Below the pieces are notes generated by a model, which ran no database searches, was not told the origin of the DNA, and saw only the letters and a list, made by a program, of their open reading frames with translations. This document shows positions 63,283-64,000 of a stretch of 64,000 bases of DNA, piece by piece. The translations under genes and the position numbers were made by a program. The stretch's first letter is position 1. Each line of letters begins with the position of its first letter. The stretch comes from Candidatus Latescibacterota bacterium (GTDB lineage: Bacteria; Latescibacterota; UBA2968; GCA-2709665): contig CBDCOX010000002.1 in NCBI GenBank assembly GCA_965219995.1, positions 4,992,001 to 5,056,000 on the forward strand, read 5' to 3'.

Positions 63283-64000
63283 ATGAGATACAGGCGAATT
63301 GTACTTAAATTGAGCGGCGCGGCCGTCGCGGGCGATCGGGAATTCGGATTCGATCCGGTTGCACTGGAGTACATTGCGGATGAGATCCTGGCCGTGCACA
63401 GCATGGGCGTCGGCGTGGGTGTCGTTATCGGCGGCGGAAACATTTTCAGGGGGATGCTCGGCGCACAATGGGGAATCGAAGAGTCTGAAGCCCACAACAT
63501 CGGCATGCTGGGTACGATCGTCAACAGCCTGATGTTGCGCGGCGTGATGACCGCCAGGAGCAACGCCGAAGTACGCGTGATGACGGCAATTCCGATCAAC
63601 GCGGTCGCGGAACCCTTTATCCGGCTGCGCGCCATTCACCATATCGAAAAGGGATATATCGTGATCTTCGCCGGGGGCATTGGCAATCCGTACGTGACAA
63701 CGGACTATCCCGGCGTGCAGCGCGCCCTCGAAATTCGAGCCGATGCGATTCTCTTTGCGAAGCACAAGACCGCCGGCGTCTACACCGACGACCCGAACAG
63801 GAGCCCCGAGGCGCGCCTGTATCGCAGCGTCGACTACGATACCGTCGTGCGGGAAAATCTGGGCGCGCTGGACCAGTCCGCGGTGATCCTCGCCCGTGAC
63901 AACCGGCTCCCCATCCATGTTTTCGATTTTGACACGCGCGGGACGATGCGCCGGATTCTCGAGGGCGAGGACCTGGGTACCGTGATCGCGCACGGTTCCG
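63283..64000 (+). CDS. pyrH: UMP kinase (PyrH-like), stop codon beyond the window; absent from the supplied ORF track
   Basis: Hand translation gives MRYRRIVLKLSGAA...VIGGGNIFRG...IGMLGTIVN...GGIGNPYVTTDY...GVYTDDP...DQSA. Confidence 0.88.
   Translation, partial: MRYRRIVLKLSGAAVAGDREFGFDPVALEYIADEILAVHSMGVGVGVVIGGGNIFRGMLGAQWGIEESEAHNIGMLGTIVNSLMLRGVMTARSNAEVRVMTAIPINAVAEPFIRLRAIHHIEKGYIVIFAGGIGNPYVTTDYPGVQRALEIRADAILFAKHKTAGVYTDDPNRSPEARLYRSVDYDTVVRENLGALDQSAVILARDNRLPIHVFDFDTRGTMRRILEGEDLGTVIAHGS

Noticed and set aside
63100-63993. 297-aa minus-strand ORF in the track
   Set aside because: The plus strand encodes a clear UMP kinase that the track missed because it has no stop in the window.

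Overview
64 kb of a high-GC bacterial chromosome. The dockerin/EF-hand-tailed secreted protein, the GWxTD protein and the many Gfo/Idh/MocA and PhyH paralogs suggest Latescibacterota or a relative (inference only). The left third (1-22 kb) is accessory catabolism: a TIM-barrel epimerase, a heparinase II/III-like protein, two aldo/keto reductases, an amidohydrolase-fold enzyme with a Rieske ferredoxin and MFS, a Co-type nitrile hydratase with two tandem PhyH-family Fe/2OG enzymes, a B12 radical SAM enzyme and a CgeB-like glycosyltransferase. The middle holds envelope proteins and housekeeping genes (hpf, nnrS, purF, rnr, sodN, CIRCE-groESL, moeB-mrp-iscS, ftsY, parAB, ppdK, tRNA-Lys). The right part holds a sulfur/cysteine module (cysH; cysM-JAB-sulfur carrier-Rrf2-cysK), rpsT, an FKBP PPIase, SDRs and a stand-alone UMP kinase-like gene running off the end. 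I saw no transposase, integrase or CRISPR, yet intergenic spaces are packed with non-autonomous repeats. Best leads: (1) one PhyH paralog has HxG where its neighbour has HxD, a halogenase-type signature, next to the nitrile hydratase; (2) modular elements in which a 32-bp heptamer-built unit brackets cores reused between loci; (3) a ubiquitin-like sulfur relay with a GG-RC-capped carrier and an E1 whose rhodanese domain lacks its Cys; (4) a lipoprotein with about 31 nine-residue xxxxxxPDG-type repeats. All calls come from reading motifs by eye; no database searches were run.
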